From an uncultured bacterium (GTDB lineage Bacteria > Zhuqueibacterota > QNDG01 > DTFT01): 64,000 bases of DNA. Below, one piece after another: positions 1 through 9,317 of this stretch. Each line of letters starts with the position of its first letter. Position 1 is the stretch's first letter. The translations under genes were made by a program, and so were the position numbers. The stretch lies in assembly GCA_963736115.1 (NCBI GenBank), contig CAVTNR010000012.1:352001-416000 (forward strand), read 5' to 3'. Under the pieces are notes generated by a model. That model was not told the DNA's origin. It did no database searches and saw nothing but the letters and a program-made list of their open reading frames with translations.

Positions 1-257
1 GCCCGTCCGGGCAGGGTCCGTTTCGCGAGTTGAACCACGGTCACGTCCGGATGACGGCTGTGTATCATCGCTTCCACAGGCTCAGGCGAACTGTCGACCA
101 CGATCACCTCGATCGAGAGCCGGGCCGACTGGCGCCGGACCGCGTCCAGGCAGTGGAGCACGGATTCCCCCGGCTTGTAGGAAGGAATGACGACGGACAC
201 ATCCGGCTTTCCCGGACGGGGGATGCGGCGGTTTTTTTTTGTGCGGGCCTTTTTCAA
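1..257 (-). CDS. GT2 family glycosyltransferase, 5' part (runs off left edge; absent from ORF track)
   Basis: Manual translation from TTG at 257 (TTGA overlap with the upstream GT4 stop): MKKARTKKNRRIPRPGKPDVSVVIPSY...IEVIVVDSS...HPDVTVVQLAKRTLPGR, a typical GT-A N-terminus. Confidence 0.85.
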   Translation of the reverse strand, partial: MKKARTKKNRRIPRPGKPDVSVVIPSYKPGESVLHCLDAVRRQSARLSIEVIVVDSSPEPVEAMIHSRHPDVTVVQLAKRTLPGR

Positions 258-1390
258 TCGGCCCCTTTTCCGGCCGATACCGGCCGGCTGAGCGTCTCGA
301 TGGCGGAGACGGTGTCGGCCCAGGCCGGGTCCGGCCCTTTCGGACGCGCCGGTTCCGGGCCCGCGGCCGCGGACAGCATGGCGCGGGCCAGGGCCGCGGA
401 ATCCCCGGGCGGGACGACGCGGCCCATGCCGGTCCGTTTCACGTTCTCGGCGAGACCGCCGACATCCGTGACCACGGCCGGCCTTCCCAGAGCCGCGGCC
501 ATCTGGGGCACGCCGCTCTGCGTGGCGCTCCGGTAGGGCAGGACAACCACGTCGCACGCCGCGAAATAAACGCCGACCTCCTCATTTCCCACGTACCGGT
601 CGATGATGCGCACTGCGTCTTCGAGTTTCAATTCCCGGATTCTCCTGCGGGTTTTTTCAACCGGCTCCCAGAATTCGCCCACCACCAGTAGAACTGCCGC
701 GGGCCGCCGGGCCGCGACAATCGTCATGGCGTCCAGCAGGAGATCCAGCCCCTTGTAGGGACGGACGAATCCGAAAAACAGGAAGACCGGTGAGCGGCCG
801 CCGATGCCCAGTTCGGTCCGCGCTTGCCGCCGGCTCCCGCGGAACGGGGGAAGGCTGGGATGCGGGGCGATGGGACAGCGGATCACCGCCGCGTCCGGCC
901 GCAGGCCGAACAGACGGCCGCGGTCCGCCTCGCTGTGCACGACGAAGCCGTCGGCCGCGCCGAGGGCGGAACGGACGATCCGCTCCAGCACGGCATTCGT
1001 CTCATGCGGCAGAACATTGTGGCAGACGAAAATCACCGGCACGCGGAGCCGGGCGCGCACCCGCCGGACGATGAACCACCACGCGGGCGCGAAAAACGGA
1101 ACCCACCACACCAGCACCAGGGCGTCCGGCCGGAATCCCGCGGCGCGCCGCGCCGCGGGCTCCCACGTGGAGGGATCGGCCGCGTCCAGGATGCGGGCGC
1201 AGGGCTCAACGTCCGGAAACCGGCTGGGATCCCGGTCCGTTTTTCCGGGAAACAGCCATTGCGGATACTGCCGCCGGAACGAGATGAAATCGACTTCGTG
1301 GGACCGCCTGAGGTGCCTGCAGAGCAGAGTGGTGTGCTGCGACACGCCCCCGCGGTACGGATGGGTCGGACCGATCAGCGCGATTCTCAT
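254..1390 (-). CDS. GT4 family glycosyltransferase
   Basis: MRIALIG..GGV start; FFGFVRPYKG, VVLPY..ATQSGV and TDVGGL GT-B motifs; ATGA overlap with upstream gene. Confidence 0.9.
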   Translation of the reverse strand: MRIALIGPTHPYRGGVSQHTTLLCRHLRRSHEVDFISFRRQYPQWLFPGKTDRDPSRFPDVEPCARILDAADPSTWEPAARRAAGFRPDALVLVWWVPFFAPAWWFIVRRVRARLRVPVIFVCHNVLPHETNAVLERIVRSALGAADGFVVHSEADRGRLFGLRPDAAVIRCPIAPHPSLPPFRGSRRQARTELGIGGRSPVFLFFGFVRPYKGLDLLLDAMTIVAARRPAAVLLVVGEFWEPVEKTRRRIRELKLEDAVRIIDRYVGNEEVGVYFAACDVVVLPYRSATQSGVPQMAAALGRPAVVTDVGGLAENVKRTGMGRVVPPGDSAALARAMLSAAAGPEPARPKGPDPAWADTVSAIETLSRPVSAGKGAD

Positions 1391-2355
1391 GCCCGGGGAC
1401 GCTTCTTCCTTTCCCCGTCCCCGAATTCGAGCTTCTTCATCCGGTACAGCACATCCTCGATCAGCCTGCGGTTGGCCGCGATCAGGTCGGACAGGAGCCC
1501 GATCATGGCCACCTGGAACCCGACGATCATGAGCACCGCGGCCAGAATCAGCGACTGAATGTGCCCCGTCCCGGACCCCGTGAAATAGTACCAGAGGAAG
1601 CGGAGCCCGAGCAGGAAGCCGAGCCCGAACACGGCGCCCCCGATGGAGAGGAATATCTTCAGCGGCTCATACAGGGCGTAGATGCGGATCATCGTGGTCA
1701 GGGACCTCTTGAGGTACGAGCCGATGTTCGAGAACAGGCGCGAGGGCCGCATCTGGGCGTTGGTGCGGACCGGGACATGCGTGACCGCGATGTTCTTCTT
1801 GCCGGCCTGGATCACGGTCTCGAGCGTGTAGGTGAAGCGCGAGAGGATGTTCAGCCGCATCGCGGCATCCCGGCTCATCGCCCGGAAGCCGCTCGTCACG
1901 TCCGGGATGTCCGTTCCGGAGAGCCGGCGCACCGTCCAGCTCCCCCACTTCTGGAGCCGCTTTTTGATGAAGGAGAAATGCCGGATGGTCTCCACCCGCC
2001 GGTCGCCGATCACCATGTCCGCCTCGCCCGACAGGATGGGATCGATCAGGGACTGGATGTCCGCGGCCGCGTACTGGTTGTCGGCGTCCGTGTTCACGAT
2101 GATGTCCGCGCCGAGGCGGACACAGGCGTCGAGCCCCGCCGAAAAGGCGTCGGCCAAACCCCGGTGGTTTTTGAAATGGACGACATGCGCCGCCTTTCCG
2201 CCTCGTGCCGCGCGGACCGTGCCGTCGGACGACCCGTCGTCGATAACGACCACCTCGATGCGGTCCACGCCTCGAAGTCTGCGCGGCAGGGCGCGGAGGG
2301 TCACGGGCAGTGTCTGTTCCTCGTTGTAGCAGGGGATCTGAATGATGAGTTTCAC
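1387..2355 (-). CDS. GT2 glycosyltransferase, polyprenol-phosphate (DPM1/ArnC-like) type with two C-terminal TM helices
   Basis: Start revised to GTG 2355 (GGAG upstream); IPCYNEE, VIDDGSSD, NTDADNQY (DxD), DVTSGFRA. Confidence 0.88.
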   Translation of the reverse strand: MKLIIQIPCYNEEQTLPVTLRALPRRLRGVDRIEVVVIDDGSSDGTVRAARGGKAAHVVHFKNHRGLADAFSAGLDACVRLGADIIVNTDADNQYAAADIQSLIDPILSGEADMVIGDRRVETIRHFSFIKKRLQKWGSWTVRRLSGTDIPDVTSGFRAMSRDAAMRLNILSRFTYTLETVIQAGKKNIAVTHVPVRTNAQMRPSRLFSNIGSYLKRSLTTMIRIYALYEPLKIFLSIGGAVFGLGFLLGLRFLWYYFTGSGTGHIQSLILAAVLMIVGFQVAMIGLLSDLIAANRRLIEDVLYRMKKLEFGDGERKKRPRA

Positions 2356-2369
2356 CGGACCGCGCTCCG

Positions 2370-3320
2370 TCAGTTGAGGGTTTCTTCGATGTTGTAGGGC
2401 TCCATCTCGCCCGCATGCGTGAAGATGATCATCTCGCCGAGCAGGCCGATGGAGATCATCTGGACGCCGATCACGAGGAGCAGTGCGCCGAGCACCAGCA
2501 GGGGCCGCCCCGCGATGGCGCCGAATCCGAGGATCCGGTACACGAACAGGTAGAGTTCGATGACGAGCCCGGCCGCGGCGAATCCGGTGCCGACGAATCC
2601 CATGAAGTGGATGGGCTTCCGCGAATACCGGGTGAGAAAGAAAACGGTGAGCACGTCGAGCAGGCGCTGGACGTATTCCCCCGGGTACCGCGACTGCCGG
2701 AAAGTCCCCGGCAGCTGCCCGATATCCTCCTCGGCCACGGCGTAGCCCTGCTGGGCGGCGAGCACGGGGATGAAGTTCACGAGGTCGCCGTACAGGGGCA
2801 CACGGTCGAGCACGTCCCGGCGCGAGACGAACACGCCGCTGTTGACGTCGCGAAGTCTCAGCCCGGTGGCGCGCGACACGAGGCGGTTGAAGCCCCGCGA
2901 CACCCACTGGTTGAGCCGGGAGTCGGCCCGGGGATGCCGGCGGCCGACGACGAAATCCGCGCCCGCGTCGAGCCGTTTCACCAGAGCCGGCAGTCCGTCG
3001 GGGTCGACGCGCACGCGGCCGCTGAGATAAGCGACGGCGCGGCCCCGCGACGCCTGAATGCCCGCGTGGAGCGCGGCCGCCTCGCCGAATTCGGTGCGGA
3101 GCCGGATGAGCCGCAGACGGCGGTCGCGCCGCGCCGCGGTCGCGAGCCGGCGCCAGGTGTCGTCCGTACTGCCGTCGTCCACGGCCACGATTTCATAGGG
3201 CCGTTTCAGCCGGTCACACGCGGCCCGGAGCGACGTGAAGGTCTGCGGCACGTCTTCGGCCTGGTTGCGGAGACCCACGACGACGGAGAGGTCCGGTCGC
3301 CGGGTGCGGTTCGATTTCAT
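2370..3320 (-). CDS. ArnC/DPM1-like GT2 protein with degenerate DxD motif
   Basis: VDDGSTD and C-terminal TM pair present, but YLSGRVRVDP replaces xxDxDLQxDP. Confidence 0.8.
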   Translation of the reverse strand: MKSNRTRRPDLSVVVGLRNQAEDVPQTFTSLRAACDRLKRPYEIVAVDDGSTDDTWRRLATAARRDRRLRLIRLRTEFGEAAALHAGIQASRGRAVAYLSGRVRVDPDGLPALVKRLDAGADFVVGRRHPRADSRLNQWVSRGFNRLVSRATGLRLRDVNSGVFVSRRDVLDRVPLYGDLVNFIPVLAAQQGYAVAEEDIGQLPGTFRQSRYPGEYVQRLLDVLTVFFLTRYSRKPIHFMGFVGTGFAAAGLVIELYLFVYRILGFGAIAGRPLLVLGALLLVIGVQMISIGLLGEMIIFTHAGEMEPYNIEETLN

Positions 3321-3354
3321 GGTCTTTCCTCGCGGTCGAACGCCCTTGGGGCGT

Positions 3355-3717
3355 TTATTTTTTGAGCATGGTGAATGCGCCGGCGGCGATCAGAAAGGCG
3401 CCGAAGACGCGCCGGAGAACATCATTCGAAACGCCGATCGCGGCACGGCTTCCCGCCAGCGCGCCGAAAATGAAACCGAGGCAGATGAGCCCCGCGATCT
3501 TCACATTGACGTGACCCGCCCGGTAATAGGTCCAGGCCGCCAGCAGGCCGACAGGCGGAATGAGAACAGCCAGCGAAGTGCCCTGGGCCTGGTGCTGGGT
3601 GAAGCCGAAAATCAGCGTCATCGCGGGAACGAGGAGCAGTCCGCCCCCGATGCCCATGAATCCGCTGGCGACGCCAGCGGCCAGGCCGAGCAGGATGTAC
3701 GGGACAATGGCATTCAT
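3355..3717 (-). CDS. Half-size TSUP (TauE/SafE) family membrane transporter
   Basis: ATG 3717 in ATGA overlap; GLAAGVASGFMGIGGGLLLVP and AQGTSL signatures; 120 aa, hydrophobic. Confidence 0.85.
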   Translation of the reverse strand: MNAIVPYILLGLAAGVASGFMGIGGGLLLVPAMTLIFGFTQHQAQGTSLAVLIPPVGLLAAWTYYRAGHVNVKIAGLICLGFIFGALAGSRAAIGVSNDVLRRVFGAFLIAAGAFTMLKK

Positions 3718-4697
3718 GCGCGACGCCTTTCCGATCGGGCCGGCGTTACGGCCGGCGGCCACGCGGACGCCAGGCCCCTTCCCCGGCGCCGGCCGGTTGC
3801 GACGATGAGACTCGCCACGGCTCCGAGAAAAATCCACTGGAAGGCGGCGGCGAGAAACAGAAAAACGATGGTGACCGCGATGTTCCGGCTCTCTGGCGGC
3901 AGTCCGCCGTTCATCCCGCGGGCCGCGATCCAGAGAGCGGCGGCGGCGCCGATGATGAAAAAAACGAGGCCGGTGCCCGCGAAAAACCGTAGCGGGTTGC
4001 GCAGGTGCTTCAGAAACAGATTCAGGCTGGACAGATCCATCAGCACGCGGAACGTCCGTGTCAGGTTGTACTTGGATTGACCGTACTGACGGGCGTGGTG
4101 CCGGACGGCAAGCTCGGAGATGCGGGCGCCCTCGACCCTGGCCAGGGCCGGCAGAAAACGGTGCAGTTCCCCGTACACGCGTATCCGCTCCACGACTTCG
4201 CGGCGGAACGCCTTGAGCGAGCACCCCGTGTCGTGCAGACGCACGTCCGTCACCGAGCAGATCAGGCGGTTGGCGATGCGGGACGGAATTTTCCGGATGA
4301 AGAGCTTGTCCCGGCGGTGTTTGCGCCATCCGCTGACCACGTCGTATCCCTCGCGTACCTTCTCGAGCAGGGCCGGTATGTCCCGCGGATCGTTCTGCAG
4401 ATCCCCGTCCATGGTGACCACGATTTCGCCGCGGCTCGCTCGAAACCCCGCGTCCATGGCCGCGGACTGCCCGAAATTCCTCCGGAGCAGGACGACCCGG
4501 AGCTTCCGGTCTCCGGCCGCGAGCCGCCGCAGGACGTCCCGAGTGCCGTCCTGGCTGCCGTCGTCCACAATCACGGTCTCGGTGGCCGGCCCGATGCGGT
4601 CCAGTACTTCCCGTATGGACCGGACGAGAATCGGTACGCTCTCCCGCTCATTGTACACGGGAACGACCACGGACACTTCGATTTTCCCGGCCTTCAC
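3714..4697 (-). CDS. ArnC/GtrB-like GT2 undecaprenyl-phosphate glycosyltransferase
   Basis: GTG 4697 (GTGA overlap); VVVPVYNE, VDDGSQD, RRNFGQSAA, MDGDLQNDP, LHDTGC, GELHRFLP. Confidence 0.9.
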   Translation of the reverse strand: MKAGKIEVSVVVPVYNERESVPILVRSIREVLDRIGPATETVIVDDGSQDGTRDVLRRLAAGDRKLRVVLLRRNFGQSAAMDAGFRASRGEIVVTMDGDLQNDPRDIPALLEKVREGYDVVSGWRKHRRDKLFIRKIPSRIANRLICSVTDVRLHDTGCSLKAFRREVVERIRVYGELHRFLPALARVEGARISELAVRHHARQYGQSKYNLTRTFRVLMDLSSLNLFLKHLRNPLRFFAGTGLVFFIIGAAAALWIAARGMNGGLPPESRNIAVTIVFLFLAAAFQWIFLGAVASLIVATGRRRGRGLASAWPPAVTPARSERRRA

Positions 4698-6568
4698 GCT
4701 TTTCCTCCAGCCCCGGCCCGTTGCGGACGGTCCACGTGCCGGGTCAGCCAGAGTTCCAACACCATGAGCGCCCACAGCCGGTGGGCGTGGTTCTCCCTTT
4801 TTTCGAGATGCTCGCGGATCATGGCCTGCACGCGGCCGGAGTCGAACAGCCCGCGCCGCCGCACCGTTTCTTCGGACAGGAGGTCGGTCATGAAGGACCG
4901 GACCCCGGCGTGGTCGCGCATCCAGTTTTTCAGCGGGATGCTGTGGCCCAGCTTGTCCTTGCGGTGCACGATCGCGTGCGGGAGCAGGGGCTCAACCGCC
5001 AGTTTCTCGATGCGCTTGACTTCCCCGCCCCGGATCTTGAAGCGCGACGGCATCTCCGCGCATGCCTGCACCAGGCCGGGGTCGAGGAGGGGAAATTTCG
5101 GCCGTATGCCGAAAGGCCGCACCAGACCCATCCGGCTCAGGTAGAAATGCACCACGGTCGCATAGTCCGCGGCCAGGGAGCGCGCCAATGCGTCGGAGCC
5201 CTCGGCTTCGCGGTTGAAGGTCAGCATGTCCTCGAAAGACGCGGTCCGGTACGCATCCTCCCAGCGGCCGGGCAGAATCAGGCCGGCCAGGTCATCGGGC
5301 CGGTAATAGGCGCGCCAGCGCTGGGTGCCGAGGCTGGCAGGAAAACCGGCGCTCGCGGAGAAACGCTTGACCTTGACTCTCAGGTCCTTCTTATGGTCGG
5401 AATCGCGCAAGTTCCGGCCCCAGGCGAAAACCGGCTTCTGCACCCAGGACGGGACGAAGCGGAGAAAAGCCGCGGCCCGGTCCGCCAGGTACACCGGATG
5501 GCCCGCGAACAGCTCATCCCCGCCGTCTCCGGTGAACAGTTCGTCCACCTTGCCTTCGGCCTCCCGGCCGAGCAGAAGCGTCGCGATGTTGATGCCCGCG
5601 TCACAGAATGGTTCGTCCTGCAGTTCCACCAGACCCTCAAGGCCGAGCACGTCCTCTGGTCTGTACTCCACCAGCGTGTGGCGGGTTCCGAACGCGTCCG
5701 CCACCATCTGCGCGTAATGCGATTCGTCGAAAGACAGCCCCCGGCAGCGGAAGGAAAAGGTCCGGAGCTCGGACACCCCCGCGCGGGACAGAAGCGACAC
5801 GACGGACGAGGAATCGAGCCCGCCGCTCAGAAACACGCCCGTCCTGCGGTCCTTCCGGACGCGGATGCGGACCGCCTCGGCCATCCTCTGCCGCACGTCC
5901 TCCGCCCATTCCGCTTCGGTGCGGCGAACCGGTTCCGTGAAACGCGGCCGCCAGAAGGGCCGGGATTCGGTTTTTCCGTCCCGGAACACCAGGCAGTCGC
6001 CGGGCCGCAGGCGGCGGACGCCCCGGTACATCGTCTGGAATCCGGGGTTGTAGCAGAAGGTCAGGAATTTGGTGATCACCCGGAGGTCCGGCTCCGGCCG
6101 CAGCTTCGCCAGTCTGAGCGCGAGTTCGGGGATGTTCGCGAATGCCAGACCGCCGCCGAAAACCGCGTAATAAACCGGCATGATGCCGAGTGGGTCGCCG
6201 GCCAGAACGCCGGTGCCGTCCGATCCGTCCCAGGCCGCGACCGTGAACGCGCCGTTCACTTCCGCGAACCCGTCAGGCCCCTTGCGTTTCCAGAGGTCCC
6301 AGAGCCTTTGAGCTTCGGTGACGCCGGCCGGTTCTCCGGCCCCGAACCATTCGCCGGTCCAGACCAGGCCGCTCCGGCCGTCTTCGGACCGCCACGACCG
6401 GGATAAGGCATCCGGTTTCCCGTCCGGAGACAGTCCGTCCGAAGTCAGCAGGGCCGAATCACATTCGAATACGGCCGGCTGTCCCGTAGCCCGCACGTTC
6501 TCGAAAATCGAGCCGAGTTCGTCCCGTATACCGGGAACTTCCGAATGTCCGAATACGCCGCACCACAT
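4694..6568 (-). CDS. Asparagine synthetase-like amide ligase with degenerate glutaminase domain
   Basis: Synthetase motifs FLSGGLDSS, TGDGGDELFAG and FPLLD present; N-terminus is MWCG and HRGPD/NGEIYN are missing. Confidence 0.85.
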   Translation of the reverse strand: MWCGVFGHSEVPGIRDELGSIFENVRATGQPAVFECDSALLTSDGLSPDGKPDALSRSWRSEDGRSGLVWTGEWFGAGEPAGVTEAQRLWDLWKRKGPDGFAEVNGAFTVAAWDGSDGTGVLAGDPLGIMPVYYAVFGGGLAFANIPELALRLAKLRPEPDLRVITKFLTFCYNPGFQTMYRGVRRLRPGDCLVFRDGKTESRPFWRPRFTEPVRRTEAEWAEDVRQRMAEAVRIRVRKDRRTGVFLSGGLDSSSVVSLLSRAGVSELRTFSFRCRGLSFDESHYAQMVADAFGTRHTLVEYRPEDVLGLEGLVELQDEPFCDAGINIATLLLGREAEGKVDELFTGDGGDELFAGHPVYLADRAAAFLRFVPSWVQKPVFAWGRNLRDSDHKKDLRVKVKRFSASAGFPASLGTQRWRAYYRPDDLAGLILPGRWEDAYRTASFEDMLTFNREAEGSDALARSLAADYATVVHFYLSRMGLVRPFGIRPKFPLLDPGLVQACAEMPSRFKIRGGEVKRIEKLAVEPLLPHAIVHRKDKLGHSIPLKNWMRDHAGVRSFMTDLLSEETVRRRGLFDSGRVQAMIREHLEKRENHAHRLWALMVLELWLTRHVDRPQRAGAGGKA

Positions 6569-6577
6569 GAGGGTTCG

Positions 6578-9316
6578 TCAATCCGCCTTGATCATTTTGA
6601 TGGCTTGAACGCGACCGTTGGATTCCAGGCGGCAGATGTATACGCCCGCCGCCGCATCGGAACCGGACTCATCCCGGCCGTCCCAGTCCGCGCGGTATTC
6701 GCCCGCGGGCCGCCATCCGGCCACCAGCTCCCGCACGCGCCTGCCCCGCACATCGTAAACCGTCAATCCCGCATCGCCCGGCTTGTCCAGGCGGTAATGC
6801 ACCGAGGTCCCGGGGTTGAACGGATTCGGATAATTCCAGTCCAGGCCGAATCCCGTTGGATTCGGCCTTCCGCTGCCGACACCGGTCACAACCGTCGGCG
6901 CAAGCAGTGTCTCCCGCTCGTTCAGACTGAAACGCTCCCACACCACGGTCCCGCCCTCATCCGCACAGCGGAACCTCAGTTTCAGGAACACGCCTGCCTC
7001 GTTCACAGGACTCGCTCCGTACAGTGCGATCTTCCACAGGCCGTCCGAGGGGCCGCTGGCTTCTGTCTGATACCCTTCCGTCAGCTCCGTTGTCTCAGCG
7101 CCTTCGAATGTCAGGCCCGATCCCTCGAGCCGGAACCAAACGTCCGCGGCGAGAAGGCCCGAATTCGCCTCCACGGTCAGCGGGACTTCCACAATCTTTT
7201 CGGACAAAGCCGCCCCGACCCGCGACGGCGCGGCCGCACTACCTGCATCGGCCTTTTCAGCGCCGGATGTCGAACCCCAGTTCTCGCTCACATCCCCGGT
7301 CACCCAGCAGGCGAAATTCTGGTTCCGGTAGCCCCTGTCCATCACGGGGTATGTGTATTTTCCCGGATTGAACCGCCAGCGGCCGATTTTGGAAGCCGCG
7401 TCGTTCTTTTTACCCACCGCGTACCGCGCGATATAAGTCGCGTCCAGCGCGTTCACATCAAGGCTGGAATCCGCGTCCGCCGCCATCTTCTGTGTGGCGG
7501 ACAGAGTGTCCAGGCCCGCGCACTTCAGCAGAACCAGGGACGCGTCATAGGCTGTGATCACGCCGGTGCCGAGGTCCTCGGCTCTCGGCTTGGACGGCGT
7601 CACGGTCAGGTTGGTGACGCCGTAATTGATGGGATAGAAGCCGTAGAGGCCCGCGACATCCGTGTAATCGGTCTGGGTCATGGATCCGGTCAATTTCACC
7701 GCGGCCTGGATGACGGGCCGGTTCGTCCGGACATGCTTCGCTTCACCCTCAACTGCCACCACGCCGTATTGGGTCGAGTTTTCCTCCGTGATGGTCATGA
7801 ACTGGTCAGCCATGAGCCCGATCCAACGCTGGACAATGCCGCTCGGCCAGTGGATGCGGACGGAATCGACGCTGACGCTTGAGCCGAGGCCGAAATGCAC
7901 CCAAAAGCTGTCGGTCTTGTACCCGCCGCCGCCCAGCACCTGCCGCATCTGCTTCTTTCCGCCATCGTAGTAGAGCACCACGCGCGCGCCCACGGCCATG
8001 CGGTTCGACTGCACACCGACGAGCTTGAACTGGATCCAGTGGTTGGGGCCTCCGTCGTTCATGAACAGGGTCGCGGAAATGCCCTCCAGCACGGGCCCCT
8101 TGGTCATGTAAATGTCCAGGTACCCGTCACGGTTGTAGTCTCCAATCGGCGTGCTCCAGTACCATTCGTAATCCTCGCGCACGCCGGCCGCGGCCGAGCA
8201 CTCCGTGAACGTGCCGTCGCCGTTGTTGTTGAAGAGCAGGAGCCGCAGTCCGTTCCGGGTGACGATGAACAGCTCCTGGTCCCCGTCATTGTCGAAATCG
8301 CCGGTGGAAAGACCGCCGCCGAACACCGAGCCCTCACGGTAGATCACGACCGAGTCAACGCCCGCGGCGGGCGCCACGTTGGCGAAGATGTTGGAGCCGT
8401 TGTTCCGGTAGAGCTGGCAGGCATAAGCCTGCCTGCGGATGAACAGGTCCCAGTCAAGGTCATTGTCATAGTCAAAGAAAATGGCGCCCACATTGTAGCT
8501 GTCGCGCGGAATGTTGTAACGCGCCGACTCTTCCCACAATGTGGCGTTTCCGTTGTTGCGCAGCAGCATCGACCCCGCGTCATACCTCGGCACATAGATG
8601 TCCGTGTCTCCGTCGAGGTCGACGTCGGCCATGGCGAATCCGTACAGGTCCTTGAACGTCGGCACGTGGTTCCAGAGGTCCGCCTCTCGTGTCCGGTCAT
8701 AGAACCACCCGTTCCGGTCATTGCGGTACATGAGAAAAAGCGTGTTGTCGTCGCCCTGGGGATAGGAGTCACGCGTGCCGAACACGTCGACATACCCGTC
8801 GTTATTGTAATCAATGAAAGCGATGGACCGGCAGTGAAAGGTGCGGGGGCTCACGTCCAGACCGCATTTCTGGTCCACGAAAGTCCCGTTGCCCAGGTTC
8901 CGGTACATCAGCGCCTCGTTCTCCTGGTTCCCCATACCGATCAGCATGTCCGGATGGCCGTCATTGTCGTAGTCCGCCACCGCGAATCCCTGGGCGCTGG
9001 GGAAACGATACCCCTCCACGCCCGCCGCAACCGTGACGTTCTCGAACAAACCCAGGTTTTTCGGGTTCTTGAGGAGGGTGTGCGGGAGGTTGATCCAGTT
9101 CCCCTCGCTCGTGTTGTGGACGACGAAGATGTCCTCCCACCCGTCGTTGTTGTAGTCCACGAACCCGGATCCATGCGTGTTGCAGACCACCACGGTGTTG
9201 GTGGCCAGTCCGACATCCGTGAAATGGAACGGCCCCGAGACAGCGACGGCCGCGCCATGCGCCAGAAGGCAGGCGCCAGCGAGGCGCAAGCGTTTGATTC
9301 CGGTGAGAGTGGTCAT
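6578..9316 (-). CDS. Secreted FG-GAP/CRTAC1-like + ASPIC/UnbV + dockerin-like + cohesin-like + FlgD-Ig protein (paralogue 1)
   Basis: Signal peptide after ATG 9316; repeated DYxNDGxxD; SNRMAVGARV...HFGLG...WPSG; TAYDAS..AADADSS..NALDA; NYPNPFNP...WDGRD tail. Confidence 0.85.
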   Translation of the reverse strand: MTTLTGIKRLRLAGACLLAHGAAVAVSGPFHFTDVGLATNTVVVCNTHGSGFVDYNNDGWEDIFVVHNTSEGNWINLPHTLLKNPKNLGLFENVTVAAGVEGYRFPSAQGFAVADYDNDGHPDMLIGMGNQENEALMYRNLGNGTFVDQKCGLDVSPRTFHCRSIAFIDYNNDGYVDVFGTRDSYPQGDDNTLFLMYRNDRNGWFYDRTREADLWNHVPTFKDLYGFAMADVDLDGDTDIYVPRYDAGSMLLRNNGNATLWEESARYNIPRDSYNVGAIFFDYDNDLDWDLFIRRQAYACQLYRNNGSNIFANVAPAAGVDSVVIYREGSVFGGGLSTGDFDNDGDQELFIVTRNGLRLLLFNNNGDGTFTECSAAAGVREDYEWYWSTPIGDYNRDGYLDIYMTKGPVLEGISATLFMNDGGPNHWIQFKLVGVQSNRMAVGARVVLYYDGGKKQMRQVLGGGGYKTDSFWVHFGLGSSVSVDSVRIHWPSGIVQRWIGLMADQFMTITEENSTQYGVVAVEGEAKHVRTNRPVIQAAVKLTGSMTQTDYTDVAGLYGFYPINYGVTNLTVTPSKPRAEDLGTGVITAYDASLVLLKCAGLDTLSATQKMAADADSSLDVNALDATYIARYAVGKKNDAASKIGRWRFNPGKYTYPVMDRGYRNQNFACWVTGDVSENWGSTSGAEKADAGSAAAPSRVGAALSEKIVEVPLTVEANSGLLAADVWFRLEGSGLTFEGAETTELTEGYQTEASGPSDGLWKIALYGASPVNEAGVFLKLRFRCADEGGTVVWERFSLNERETLLAPTVVTGVGSGRPNPTGFGLDWNYPNPFNPGTSVHYRLDKPGDAGLTVYDVRGRRVRELVAGWRPAGEYRADWDGRDESGSDAAAGVYICRLESNGRVQAIKMIKAD

Positions 9317-9317
9317 G

